A DNA stretch of 55,194 nucleotides from Nitrospirota bacterium (GTDB taxonomy: Bacteria > NPL-UPA2 > JAADIA01), in the NCBI GenBank assembly GCA_013151555.1, contig JAADIA010000018.1, positions 1-55,194 on the forward strand. Direction: 5' to 3'. The translations under genes and the position numbers were made by a program. Below the pieces are notes generated by a model. That model saw only the letters and a program-made list of their open reading frames with translations. It was not told the origin of the DNA and did not search any database. Below are positions 46,832 to 55,194 of the stretch, one piece after another; the first letter of the stretch is position 1, and each line of letters begins with the position of its first letter.

Positions 46832-48307
46832 CTACAGGTTACATTTTCTCTTATGATAGTCCGTATTCTGTTCGTAAGTATAGGCGATCCTGAACAATGT
46901 TTCCTCGGCAAAGGGCTTGGCTATTAGCTGAAGACCGATAGGCAATCCCCCCCCGGTAAAACCACCGGGAATAGCCAGAGCAGGTATTCCTGCCAGGTTA
47001 ACGGATATGGTAAAAATGTCCGAGAGATACATCTGCAAAGGATCATCCATCTTCTCACCGATTTTAAAGGCGGCTGTAGGAGCAGTAGGAGTAAGAAGAC
47101 AATCGAATTCCTCAAAAGCCCGGTCAAAGTCCTGTTTAATAAGCGTCCTAACCTTCTGAGCTCTCAGGTAATAAGCCTCGTAGTAACCCGCGCTTAATCC
47201 GTAAGTACCCAGCATAATTCTTCTTTTCACTTCATCTCCGAAACCCTCTGCTCTTGTCTGTTCGTACATATCTATCGTCGAGTTTCCGGATAGAGATTCC
47301 TGCTTACCAACTCTATATCCATACTGCACTCCATCATAACGAGCTAAGTTAGAGCTGGCCTCAGCCGTAGCAATCAGATAATAAGTAGCCACAGCATACT
47401 CGGTATGAGGCAAGGAAGTCTCTTTTATCTTCGCGCCCAATTTGCTTAAGAGTCGGATAGTCCGTTCTACGGTTTCTCTTACCTCCCTATCTATTCCTTC
47501 CCCAAAATATTCCCGGGGGATCCCTATTTTCAACCCTTTAACATCATTGACCAAAGCCTGCGGATAATCAGGGACTTCTCTATTTACCGAAGTGCTGTCT
47601 TTCCGGTCATGACCACAGAGAGCATTCATCAAGTAAGCAGCATCGGTAACATCTTTGGTAAGCGGACCAATCTGGTCCAATGAAGACGCAAAGGCTACCA
47701 GACCGTATCGGGAAACCAAACCATAGGTAGGCTTCATTCCCACCACTCCGCAGAAAGATGCCGGCTGGCGGATGGAACCACCGGTATCGGAACCGAGAGC
47801 CATAATTGTCTCACCGGCAGCCACAGCAGCTGCTGATCCCCCGCTGGAGCCACCGGGAACAGTAGATAAATCCCAGGGATTATGCGTAATCCCGGAACGA
47901 GAATTCTCCGTAGAAGAACCCATCGCGAACTCGTCCATATTGGTCTTGCCGATGAAAACAGCTCTCTCCTGCCTCAACTTGTCCACAACCGTAGCATCAT
48001 AAGGGGGACGAAAGTTATCAAGAATTTTAGAAGAACAAGTAGTAGCTGCTCCCCTCAGGCACATATTGTCCTTAATTGCTATCGGGATACCAGTGAGAGG
48101 AGCGACTTCCCGGCCTCCGGCAATAGCAGCATCAATCTTTTTTGCTTCCCGGAGAGCCTCTTCCCCCATCACCGACAGGTAAGCATTTACTTTTTCTCCT
48201 ACCGCCTCTATGCGTTCAAGTATGGCCTCTGTAACCTCAAAGACACTGATCTTCTTAGCAACAATTAAATCGTGTATCTCATGAGCAGTAAGCTCGTTCA
48301 GCATCAT
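46832..48307 (-). CDS. gatA: Asp/Glu-tRNA amidotransferase subunit A
   Basis: [57 protein letters not shown]. Start is 48307 or GTG 48316. Confidence 0.98.
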   Translation of the reverse strand: MMLNELTAHEIHDLIVAKKISVFEVTEAILERIEAVGEKVNAYLSVMGEEALREAKKIDAAIAGGREVAPLTGIPIAIKDNMCLRGAATTCSSKILDNFRPPYDATVVDKLRQERAVFIGKTNMDEFAMGSSTENSRSGITHNPWDLSTVPGGSSGGSAAAVAAGETIMALGSDTGGSIRQPASFCGVVGMKPTYGLVSRYGLVAFASSLDQIGPLTKDVTDAAYLMNALCGHDRKDSTSVNREVPDYPQALVNDVKGLKIGIPREYFGEGIDREVRETVERTIRLLSKLGAKIKETSLPHTEYAVATYYLIATAEASSNLARYDGVQYGYRVGKQESLSGNSTIDMYEQTRAEGFGDEVKRRIMLGTYGLSAGYYEAYYLRAQKVRTLIKQDFDRAFEEFDCLLTPTAPTAAFKIGEKMDDPLQMYLSDIFTISVNLAGIPALAIPGGFTGGGLPIGLQLIAKPFAEETLFRIAYTYEQNTDYHKRKCNL

Positions 48308-48345
48308 ATCCTTCACCCGTTATCTATATTTCAAGAAAACTTCTT

Positions 48346-48530
48346 CACCGCAGAAACACGGAGAACACAGAGAAATACTTAAAAAATTTATAACAACAGA
48401 TTATTTTTTTAAATTTAAAGAAAAATGTAAGATATTAATTCTTCCGTGTTTCCTTAGTTCCGTGCTTCTGTGGTTGATTTAGTCTAATATTTATCTTGAT
48501 TTTAATTCTTTTCTGTGCTCTCTGTGGTGT
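48346..48530. repeat. 8/9-nt periodic inverted-arm element (CACGGA/CACAGA type)
   Basis: CACCGCAGAAACACGGAGAACACAGAGAAA ... TTCCGTGTTTCC…TTCCGTGCTTCTGTGGTT ... TCTGTGCTCTCTGTGGTG around an AT-rich core. Confidence 0.85.
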
Positions 48531-48532
48531 TT

Positions 48533-49096
48533 TTACATCTTCAAGAAATTGTCCAGGAGCTTTTTCCCCTCTTCCGTGAGGATGGATTCCGGGTGGAACT
48601 GCACCCCCCAGAGAGGATATTTCCGGTGTTTCAGACCCATTATTTCTTTCTCCTCCGTCTCCGCCGTTATTTTCAGACAGGCAGGAACGCTATCCCGTGC
48701 AAGGATCAAAGAATGATAACGGGTGGCAACAAAAGGATTTTTTAACCCTTGATAAATATCTTTTTTATTATGGTGGATGAGAGAAGTCTTTCCATGCATC
48801 AAGCGTTTAGCCCGAACTATTTTCCCTCCGAAAACATGAGCAAGACATTGATGTCCCAGACAAACTCCCAGGAGAGGAATATCTTTCCCAAAAGTCTTAA
48901 TAACCTCATTAGAAATCCCTGCTTGAGAGGGCGTTCCCGGGCCGGGAGAGATAAGAATTTTTTTTGGCTTCATCTTTCGGATTGTTTGAATATCTATCTT
49001 ATCATTCCGGTGTACGGAAACATCCGCTCCCAACTCTCCCAGGTACTGGACAAGATTATAAGTAAAAGAATCGTAGTTATCAATTACCAGAATCAT
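48533..49096 (-). CDS. Anthranilate/aminodeoxychorismate synthase component II (TrpG/PabA)
   Basis: [38 protein letters not shown]. Start moved to 49096. Confidence 0.96.
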   Translation of the reverse strand: MILVIDNYDSFTYNLVQYLGELGADVSVHRNDKIDIQTIRKMKPKKILISPGPGTPSQAGISNEVIKTFGKDIPLLGVCLGHQCLAHVFGGKIVRAKRLMHGKTSLIHHNKKDIYQGLKNPFVATRYHSLILARDSVPACLKITAETEEKEIMGLKHRKYPLWGVQFHPESILTEEGKKLLDNFLKM

Positions 49097-49101
49097 CTTC
49101 C

Positions 49102-50931
49102 TCACTCCACCGTAACGCTCTTGGCTAAATTGCGGGGCTGGTCCACCGAACAACCCCGTTTCACAGCCATATGGTAAGCCAGGAGCTGTAAGGGAACTAC
49201 TGCTAAGATCGGCGTCAGGGGAACAATCGTCCGGGGAATATAGATTACCTCATCTGCTTTCTGCTTAATTTCTTCATCCCCCTCGCTAGCCAGGGCAATC
49301 ACCGTTCCTCTTCGCGCTTTAACCTCCTCGATATTTGACAAAATTTTCTCATACCGGCGGCCTTTGAGAGCAATAACCACCACGGGCATTTTCTTGTCAA
49401 TTAAAGCAATGGGTCCATGTTTCATTTCCGCTGCCGGATATCCCTCAGCATGAATGTAGGAGACTTCTTTCAACTTCAAAGCTCCCTCCAGGGCAATCGG
49501 AAAACCTTTCCCTCGTCCCAGGTAAAGGAAGTTATTATGCCGGTAGAAACGGTCGGCGATGGCTACAATCCTCCGGTCGTCTTCCAACAAAAGCTTCAAC
49601 TTCTCAAGAACTTTCCTCAAAGCAGTAATCATCTTTTTGCAAGCTGTCGGGGAAATAGTCTCCCTCGCCCGGCCTAAAAACAAGGTAAGCATATAGAGCA
49701 CGGTCAATTGGGACGTAAAAGCTTTCGTAGAAGCAACGCCAATCTCCGGACCGGCATGAGTATAAATTACTCCGTCGGATTCACGGGTTATCGAACTGCC
49801 CCTTACATTACATATAGAGATTACTTTTCCCCCGGCACCCCGCGCCTCTTTCACTGCAGCTAAAGTGTCCGCCGTTTCCCCCGACTGGCTGATAGCTATA
49901 ATAAGAGTATGTTTATCGATGATAGGGTTCCGGTATCTGAACTCGGCGGCATATTCTACTTCCACAGGAATACGGGTATATTCTTCCAACATATACTCCG
50001 CCACCAAACCCGCATGCCAGGAAGTACCGCAAGCAATGATAATTATTCTCTTTATAGATTTTACTTCCCGTTTGGATAGCCCAATCTCTTTTAAATAAAT
50101 ATTGGACCCATCCTCAGATATCCGGCCCCAGATGGTTTCTTCAATAGCCCGGGGCTGCTCATAAATTTCTTTCAGCATAAAATGAGGATAGCCTTCTTTC
50201 TCAGCTAATCGAGTATCCCAGGAGATTTCAGTTGCTTTCTTAGCCACCGGTTTATTACCCAGCGTCTTAACCTTCACCCCTTCCCGGCTCAAGATAGCTA
50301 TCTCGCCATTCTCAAGATAGATTACTTTCCTGGTCTCTTTCAGAATTGCCGGAATATCGGAGGCCAAGAAACATTCTCCTTCCTTAAGCCCGATAATCAG
50401 AGGGCTGCCGCTGCGAGCAACTATTATCTTCTCGGAATCCCCTTTCCACATCGCTCCCAGAGCATAAGAACCCTTCACCCGGCGGAGCGCTTTCCGTACG
50501 GCCTCCTCCAGACTGTCGCAAAGATACTTTTCGATAAGATGAGCAATTATCTCTGTATCTGTCTCCGACCTGAACACATGTCCTTCTTTGCCCAACTCTT
50601 CCTTAAGGGAAAGATAATTCTCTATAATCCCATTATGAACAACAACCAAGCTTCCCCGGCAATCAGTATGGGGATGAGCATTTTCCTCCGATGGTCTCCC
50701 ATGCGTTGCCCAGCGAGTATGTCCTAACCCTATCCGGCCTTCAACAGGCTTTTTCTTTAAGACCTTTTCCAATCCCCGGATCTTCCCCTGACAGCGACGG
50801 ACAGTCAGCTTACCTCTATTAAGAGTAGCTATCCCCGCCGAGTCATAACCCCGGTACTCTAATCTCTTGAGCCCTTCCAACAAAATAGGAACGGCTTTTC
50901 TGTCCCCGATATATCCTACGATACCACACAT
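49102..50931 (-). CDS. glmS: Glutamine-fructose-6-phosphate aminotransferase
   Basis: [42 protein letters not shown]. Confidence 0.99.
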   Translation of the reverse strand: MCGIVGYIGDRKAVPILLEGLKRLEYRGYDSAGIATLNRGKLTVRRCQGKIRGLEKVLKKKPVEGRIGLGHTRWATHGRPSEENAHPHTDCRGSLVVVHNGIIENYLSLKEELGKEGHVFRSETDTEIIAHLIEKYLCDSLEEAVRKALRRVKGSYALGAMWKGDSEKIIVARSGSPLIIGLKEGECFLASDIPAILKETRKVIYLENGEIAILSREGVKVKTLGNKPVAKKATEISWDTRLAEKEGYPHFMLKEIYEQPRAIEETIWGRISEDGSNIYLKEIGLSKREVKSIKRIIIIACGTSWHAGLVAEYMLEEYTRIPVEVEYAAEFRYRNPIIDKHTLIIAISQSGETADTLAAVKEARGAGGKVISICNVRGSSITRESDGVIYTHAGPEIGVASTKAFTSQLTVLYMLTLFLGRARETISPTACKKMITALRKVLEKLKLLLEDDRRIVAIADRFYRHNNFLYLGRGKGFPIALEGALKLKEVSYIHAEGYPAAEMKHGPIALIDKKMPVVVIALKGRRYEKILSNIEEVKARRGTVIALASEGDEEIKQKADEVIYIPRTIVPLTPILAVVPLQLLAYHMAVKRGCSVDQPRNLAKSVTVE

Positions 50932-51521
50932 TATTTTTTTCTCCGCGACTTCTTTCCCAGACTTCCCCCGGGATGGAAACGCGCAAAATCTTTCTTTTTA
51001 AAACCCCGTTTGTCCAGAAGAGTCATAGCCAAAGCATCCCCCATAGCTAAAGAAGCAGTAGTGCTGGCCGTAGGAGCTAACCCTAAAGGACAAGCCTCTT
51101 TTTCCACACTCACATCTAAAATAATATGGCTATCTTTAGCTAAGGTAGAGTCCGCTTTCCCGGTAAGGACAATCACCTTGGCCCCGATTTCTTTAATAAA
51201 AGGAAGAAGTTCTTTTATTTCAGCAGTCTCCCCACTATTGGAGATAGCTAAGACGACATCATCTCCGGTAACCATTCCCAGATCACCGTGCCGGCCCTCA
51301 ACAGGGTGAAGGAATAAAGACGGCGTTCCCGTACTGGCCAGAGTGGCGGCTATCTTCCTACCGATGTGACCGGATTTTCCTATTCCGGTAACCACCACCC
51401 TTCCCTTGCTTTTCAAGATCATCTCCACCGCCAGGGAAAAGCTTTCCCCAATCCTGTCTATCAGCGCCTCTATCGCTTCCGCTTCTATTCGGAGAACCTC
51501 TTTAGCTCGTTCGATGATCAC
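50931..51521 (-). CDS. kdsD: KpsF/GutQ/KdsD arabinose-5-phosphate isomerase, SIS domain only
   Basis: GIGKSGHIGRKIAATLASTGTP, HGDLG, EACPLGLAPTAST, HPGGSLG then stop; TAATG coupling to glmS. Confidence 0.88.
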   Translation of the reverse strand: MIIERAKEVLRIEAEAIEALIDRIGESFSLAVEMILKSKGRVVVTGIGKSGHIGRKIAATLASTGTPSLFLHPVEGRHGDLGMVTGDDVVLAISNSGETAEIKELLPFIKEIGAKVIVLTGKADSTLAKDSHIILDVSVEKEACPLGLAPTASTTASLAMGDALAMTLLDKRGFKKKDFARFHPGGSLGKKSRRKK

Positions 51522-51552
51522 TTAAGAAACCTCCCTAAAAAGACCCGCAATT

Positions 51553-51616
51553 CAGACTTTAGACTTCAGACAAAACCAAAAAAATCTTTTAGACTATGGT
51601 TCATAGTCTAAAGTCC
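51553..51616. repeat. 7-nt periodic inverted-arm element (AGAC/GTCT type), relative of 12085..12167
   Basis: CAGACTT TAGACTT CAGAC…AACCAAAAAAATC…TAGACTA…TAGTCTA AAGTC. Confidence 0.85.
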
Positions 51617-52575
51617 TACTTGATAAGACCATACTCGGTGAGGAGATGAATAATCTTTCTTTCCTCCTCATCAGAAATAGAGGCTGTTCCCTCAACCACC
51701 CGCTTACTTTTAATAATTCCCATACATTTTAAAGCCGTCTTGATTATAGCCGCCGGATTAGAACGATAAGCAAAATGAAAAAGTTTTAACTTCTCTCCCG
51801 TTTCCCATAAATGGCGACAGTAACCAGGATCCTCCTTCCGGGAATCATGAGGGTTCAAAGAAGAATCAACTATTTCTCTCCAATCCTTAGGCAGAATATT
51901 CACTCCCGCAGAAATAATCCCTCCCGGGCCGGGGCTATTCAAGAAGTTAAGTTCATTCCCGTCATAAAAGATAAAACTCTTCCTCTCCCGAACAGCTCTT
52001 AGATAATTAAGGCTTCTCCTCATCTCTCCACTATGTTTTAATCCCGCTATCTGTGCATTCTCGGACAGCTTTTTCAAAACATTTGTCCTGATATTTCTCC
52101 TCCGGAGATGACCCTTAAGACGGTTGATCAGATAAGGATTATTATAGAGGACAAAAGGGAGTTTCGTCAATTTCCCTAATTCCCGATAATGATAAGGAAG
52201 ACCTCGATTACTGTGGTACCAGAGAGGACAATCGAAGAGGAAAATTTTTCCGGAATAGTTTAACTCGTTCCTTATCTTTTCCAGAAAAACGATGTTCTCC
52301 GCCGTCTCTTCATAACTATTTCCGGTAATCCCTAAAAACAGAGGAACCCTCCCCCTGATTATCTCTAAAGATATCCTTATAAGTTCAAGTTTCTTCTCAT
52401 TCGGGAGAAGAAATCCCTCTCCGGTATAACTAACCCCGGCAAGAAAACCTTCGACATCGTTCCGGGTATAATTTATAAGATTTTCCAGACTCCGGGCATC
52501 GATCTTCCCTTTATCATTGAAAGGAGTTATCAAAACTCCAATTAATCCTTTCGGAGGTGAGTTAATCATATCCAT
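51616..52575 (-). CDS. Divergent DapA/NAL-family class I aldolase
   Basis: LITPF…G.ID, SYTGEG in place of GTTGE, VLYNNP, GLKHS (Schiff-base Lys), P..IK.AL. Confidence 0.8.
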   Translation of the reverse strand: MDMINSPPKGLIGVLITPFNDKGKIDARSLENLINYTRNDVEGFLAGVSYTGEGFLLPNEKKLELIRISLEIIRGRVPLFLGITGNSYEETAENIVFLEKIRNELNYSGKIFLFDCPLWYHSNRGLPYHYRELGKLTKLPFVLYNNPYLINRLKGHLRRRNIRTNVLKKLSENAQIAGLKHSGEMRRSLNYLRAVRERKSFIFYDGNELNFLNSPGPGGIISAGVNILPKDWREIVDSSLNPHDSRKEDPGYCRHLWETGEKLKLFHFAYRSNPAAIIKTALKCMGIIKSKRVVEGTASISDEEERKIIHLLTEYGLIK

Positions 52576-52753
52576 AGTTTCTGAATACCAATGAGTTACG
52601 CCATAAACTCCAAATCCATATGCTTACCGATTTCTATAGAGGATAGAATATCATAAGTTGCTTGTAAGAACAAGAAAAAAGAAGAATCCTGATCTTAGCA
52701 CCGGCAGAAATCCGCTTGAATCAAATTTTTACCCGATAATTCACAAAAAGGCC

Positions 52754-52782
52754 TTGACCAACGACCCGGTCTCTGATAAGAT
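52754..52782 (+). promoter_or_regulatory. Candidate sigma70-type promoter for thi4
   Basis: TTGACC-N17-TAAGAT, 35 nt upstream of ATG 52817. Confidence 0.55.
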
Positions 52783-52816
52783 ACCCCCTGGACAAAAAGA
52801 AAGGAGACAAATAGAG

Positions 52817-53605
52817 ATGGTTGAAAATATTTTTAGTGCCGTAGGCGAGAAAGAGGTTACTCGAGCTATTGTCAGTGAGTTTGCTAAGCAGTTCCAGGAA
52901 TATGTGGAGAGCGATTGCCTCATCATTGGAGCCGGGCCAAGTGGTCTTATGGCCGGCCGGGACTTAGCCAAGCAAGGGGTTAAAGTCCTCATCGTGGAGA
53001 GGAACAACTATTTGGGGGGCGGTTTCTGGATCGGGGGTTACCTGATGAATAAGGTGACGGTAAGAGCACCCGGGCAGGAAATCCTCTCAGAGTTAGGAAT
53101 ACCTTTCACTGAATTCTCTAAAGGGTTATACGTAACCGATGGCCCGCATGCCTGTTCCAAACTTATTGCGGCTGCTTGCGACGCTGGAGTAAAGTTTGCC
53201 AATATGACGATATTTGACGATGTCGTCCTGAGAGAAGAAAACCGGGTGGCCGGTGTAGTTATCAACTGGACACCGATAAAGGCTCTTCCCCGGGAAATCA
53301 CTTGCGTTGACCCCGTGGCCCTGGAAACCAAAGTAGTCGTCGATGCTACCGGGCACGATGCCTGTGTAGTCAAAAAAATGGAAGAGAGAGGACTGGTTAA
53401 AACTCAGGGATTTGGAGCCATGTGGGTAGAAAAATCAGAGGACCTTTTGGTAGAACATACCGGTGAAGTTCATCCCGGCCTGATTGCCACTGGCATGTCC
53501 GTAGCTACTACCTACGGACTTCCCCGTATGGGTCCCACTTTCGGAGGCATGCTCCTGTCCGGGAGAAGAGGCGCCGAGATTATCAAGAAAACCCTGGAGA
53601 GATAA
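52817..53605 (+). CDS. thi4: THI4-family adenosine diphosphate thiazole synthase
   Basis: [39 protein letters not shown]. Start placed at MVENIF behind AGGAG. Confidence 0.96.
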   Translation: MVENIFSAVGEKEVTRAIVSEFAKQFQEYVESDCLIIGAGPSGLMAGRDLAKQGVKVLIVERNNYLGGGFWIGGYLMNKVTVRAPGQEILSELGIPFTEFSKGLYVTDGPHACSKLIAAACDAGVKFANMTIFDDVVLREENRVAGVVINWTPIKALPREITCVDPVALETKVVVDATGHDACVVKKMEERGLVKTQGFGAMWVEKSEDLLVEHTGEVHPGLIATGMSVATTYGLPRMGPTFGGMLLSGRRGAEIIKKTLER

Positions 53606-53684
53606 AAGCATTAAAAGGCAATTGACCTGCTTGAGAACTTTCCGGGGATAAAAGGATAGCTGATTTCAATGAGGAGGACGGGCC

Positions 53685-55194
53685 ACGTATTCACCAATCC
53701 GTTTTCATCTTCTTAGAGGGATATTTTTTTCCTTCTTTATTCTCCTTATATCTGCCGCATTTCAAGCCGACGGACAAGAGAGATGGAGACCGGGATTTAA
53801 CCGGACCACTCAATTGAAGCGGATTGATGTAATAAGCTATTTCCCGAAGTTATCTCGTGACGTAAACATAAAACCTCGTCCACCATGGTGGTGGTTTGTT
53901 TCCGACCGTCAATATCTCTGGCCTTATAAATACGGCATTCAAAAGTGGCCGGTAACCGTTCGAATCCGCATTCGCGACGGCAAACCGGTCTATCTTAAGA
54001 CCCCGGATTTAGCTCCACTTACGGCAGAGATAATGTTCCAGGGTATTTTTGTAGAAATCTCTGATATTGAAAAACCGGATAAAGCCTTTTTAAGATTTAA
54101 AACTTTCAACATGCGAAATTCGCAAGATTTCTCCCTCAACTATTTGCCCGATTCTATCCAGTATTCACCCGGCAGCACCATTCTCTATTTAGTGCGCCTT
54201 AGCGAGCTCCCTTTAGGAAAAAGCACCCTAAATATCACCATAAAAGATTCTGATAACAAAGAAATAGGAAGTCTTCCCTTACCCATTACCACGAAGAAAC
54301 CTGCCTACCTGAAAGTAACGGTTAGAGATGAGAAAGGAGAACTTACCTCCGCACGGGTTGGGGTTTATTCAGATGGACGCTTCAACTATCCTCCCGAGAC
54401 CCTTCCCCTGTACCCCTGGGATCATAAGACGGCAGAAGGATTAAACTATGACCCTACATGGCCTTCAAAGAGCAAGCGGGTATTCTATACCCGGGGAACG
54501 TTTAAGATGGCAATACGACCGGGAGATGTTTTGCTTGTGATAAAAAAAGGGATAGAATATAAACGCCGTAAGGAACGTTTTCAAATAAAAGCAGGAGAAA
54601 CCAAAAAATATCCGATTCAACTTGAGAGATATTTCAATTTACCAAAAGAAGGATGGTATTCAGCCGACGACCATGTTCATGTATATCGAGACGGGAAAAA
54701 CAATGAAGACATCTTGGAATGGGCAAAAGCCGAAGATATTCATTTTGCAAGCATATTACAGATGGGAGATATAACCCGCGAGTATTATTTGCAGTACGCG
54801 TGGGGTGACAAAGGAACATATTCCCAGGGCGATTACTTCATCCGCTCCGGTCAAGAAAATCCCCGCACCCATGAACGCGGACATATCCTGATGATTAACA
54901 ACGCCCGATCGCACTGGGACCCTTCCATGTATTATGTTTATGAAAAAGCACTCGACCTGACGCACAGAGACGGTGGCGTAAACGGCTATGCCCACAATGG
55001 GACAATATTCAAGGCAGAACGGGGCCTTGCCATTGACGCACCACTTGGCAAAAGCGATTTTATTGAGGTCGATGCTAACCATATGAAGGCTTTATACGAC
55101 TGGTGGAATTTAGGGTTTAAACAGACAGTCGCCTTAGGCTCTGATTATCCTTATGCAGAATGGTTTGGTAATCGCAATTTCTTTGTTTATGTCC
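53685..55194 (+). CDS. Secreted CehA/McbA-like PHP metallohydrolase (5' part; runs off the window end)
   Basis: Not in the ORF track; hand translation shows an open frame from 53673 to the end, with a signal-like segment, K-G-I-E-Y beta-domain, GWYSADDHVH, SGQE…HERGH, GYAH, LGSDYP. Confidence 0.85.

Noticed and set aside
50932-51615. glmS ribozyme
   Set aside because: glmS is translationally coupled to kdsD, leaving no leader.
52580-52816. TPP riboswitch upstream of thi4 and the 53-aa N-terminal ORF extension
   Set aside because: CCTGAT is present, but there is no correctly ordered CTGAGA/P2-P3 core. Promoter and RBS support a start at 52817.
54634-55082. Two minus-strand ORFs at the window end
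   Set aside because: Antisense to the long plus-strand metallohydrolase frame.

Overview
Bacterial chromosomal segment, about 44% GC by eye and mostly housekeeping. It carries the 5' part of a PilB/GspE ATPase, accA, a Hanks kinase plus TPR-LysM-L,D-transpeptidase pair, two tandem DUF4838-like secreted paralogs, a probable Re-citrate synthase, serA with a class V aminotransferase, tig-clpP-lon (no clpX), three tRNAs (Lys, Leu, Gly), a DinG/YoaA helicase and an NtrB/NtrC-type two-component system. Downstream of that system, a perfect sigma54 promoter heads an 11-gene moxR/DUF58/batA-E operon that also contains a Ste14/ICMT-like methyltransferase and a Ste24-like M48 protease. The rest is exeA-like, larBC, phosphate transport genes, tsaD, ctpA, gatAB (no gatC), pabA/trpG, glmS, a CBS-less kdsD, a divergent DapA-family gene, a Cys-type thi4 and the 5' part of a secreted PHP-type metallohydrolase that seems to start at ACG. 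No transposase, integrase, CRISPR array or rRNA was seen. The most distinctive signals are: (i) about 14 short elements built of 7-, 8- or 9-nt periodic repeats, mostly with inverted arms, at gene junctions and in three cases inside reading frames; (ii) the sigma54-controlled Bat operon with Ste14- and Ste24-like genes; (iii) strong CCGG enrichment. All product calls come from motif recognition and memory of the families; no database search was run.
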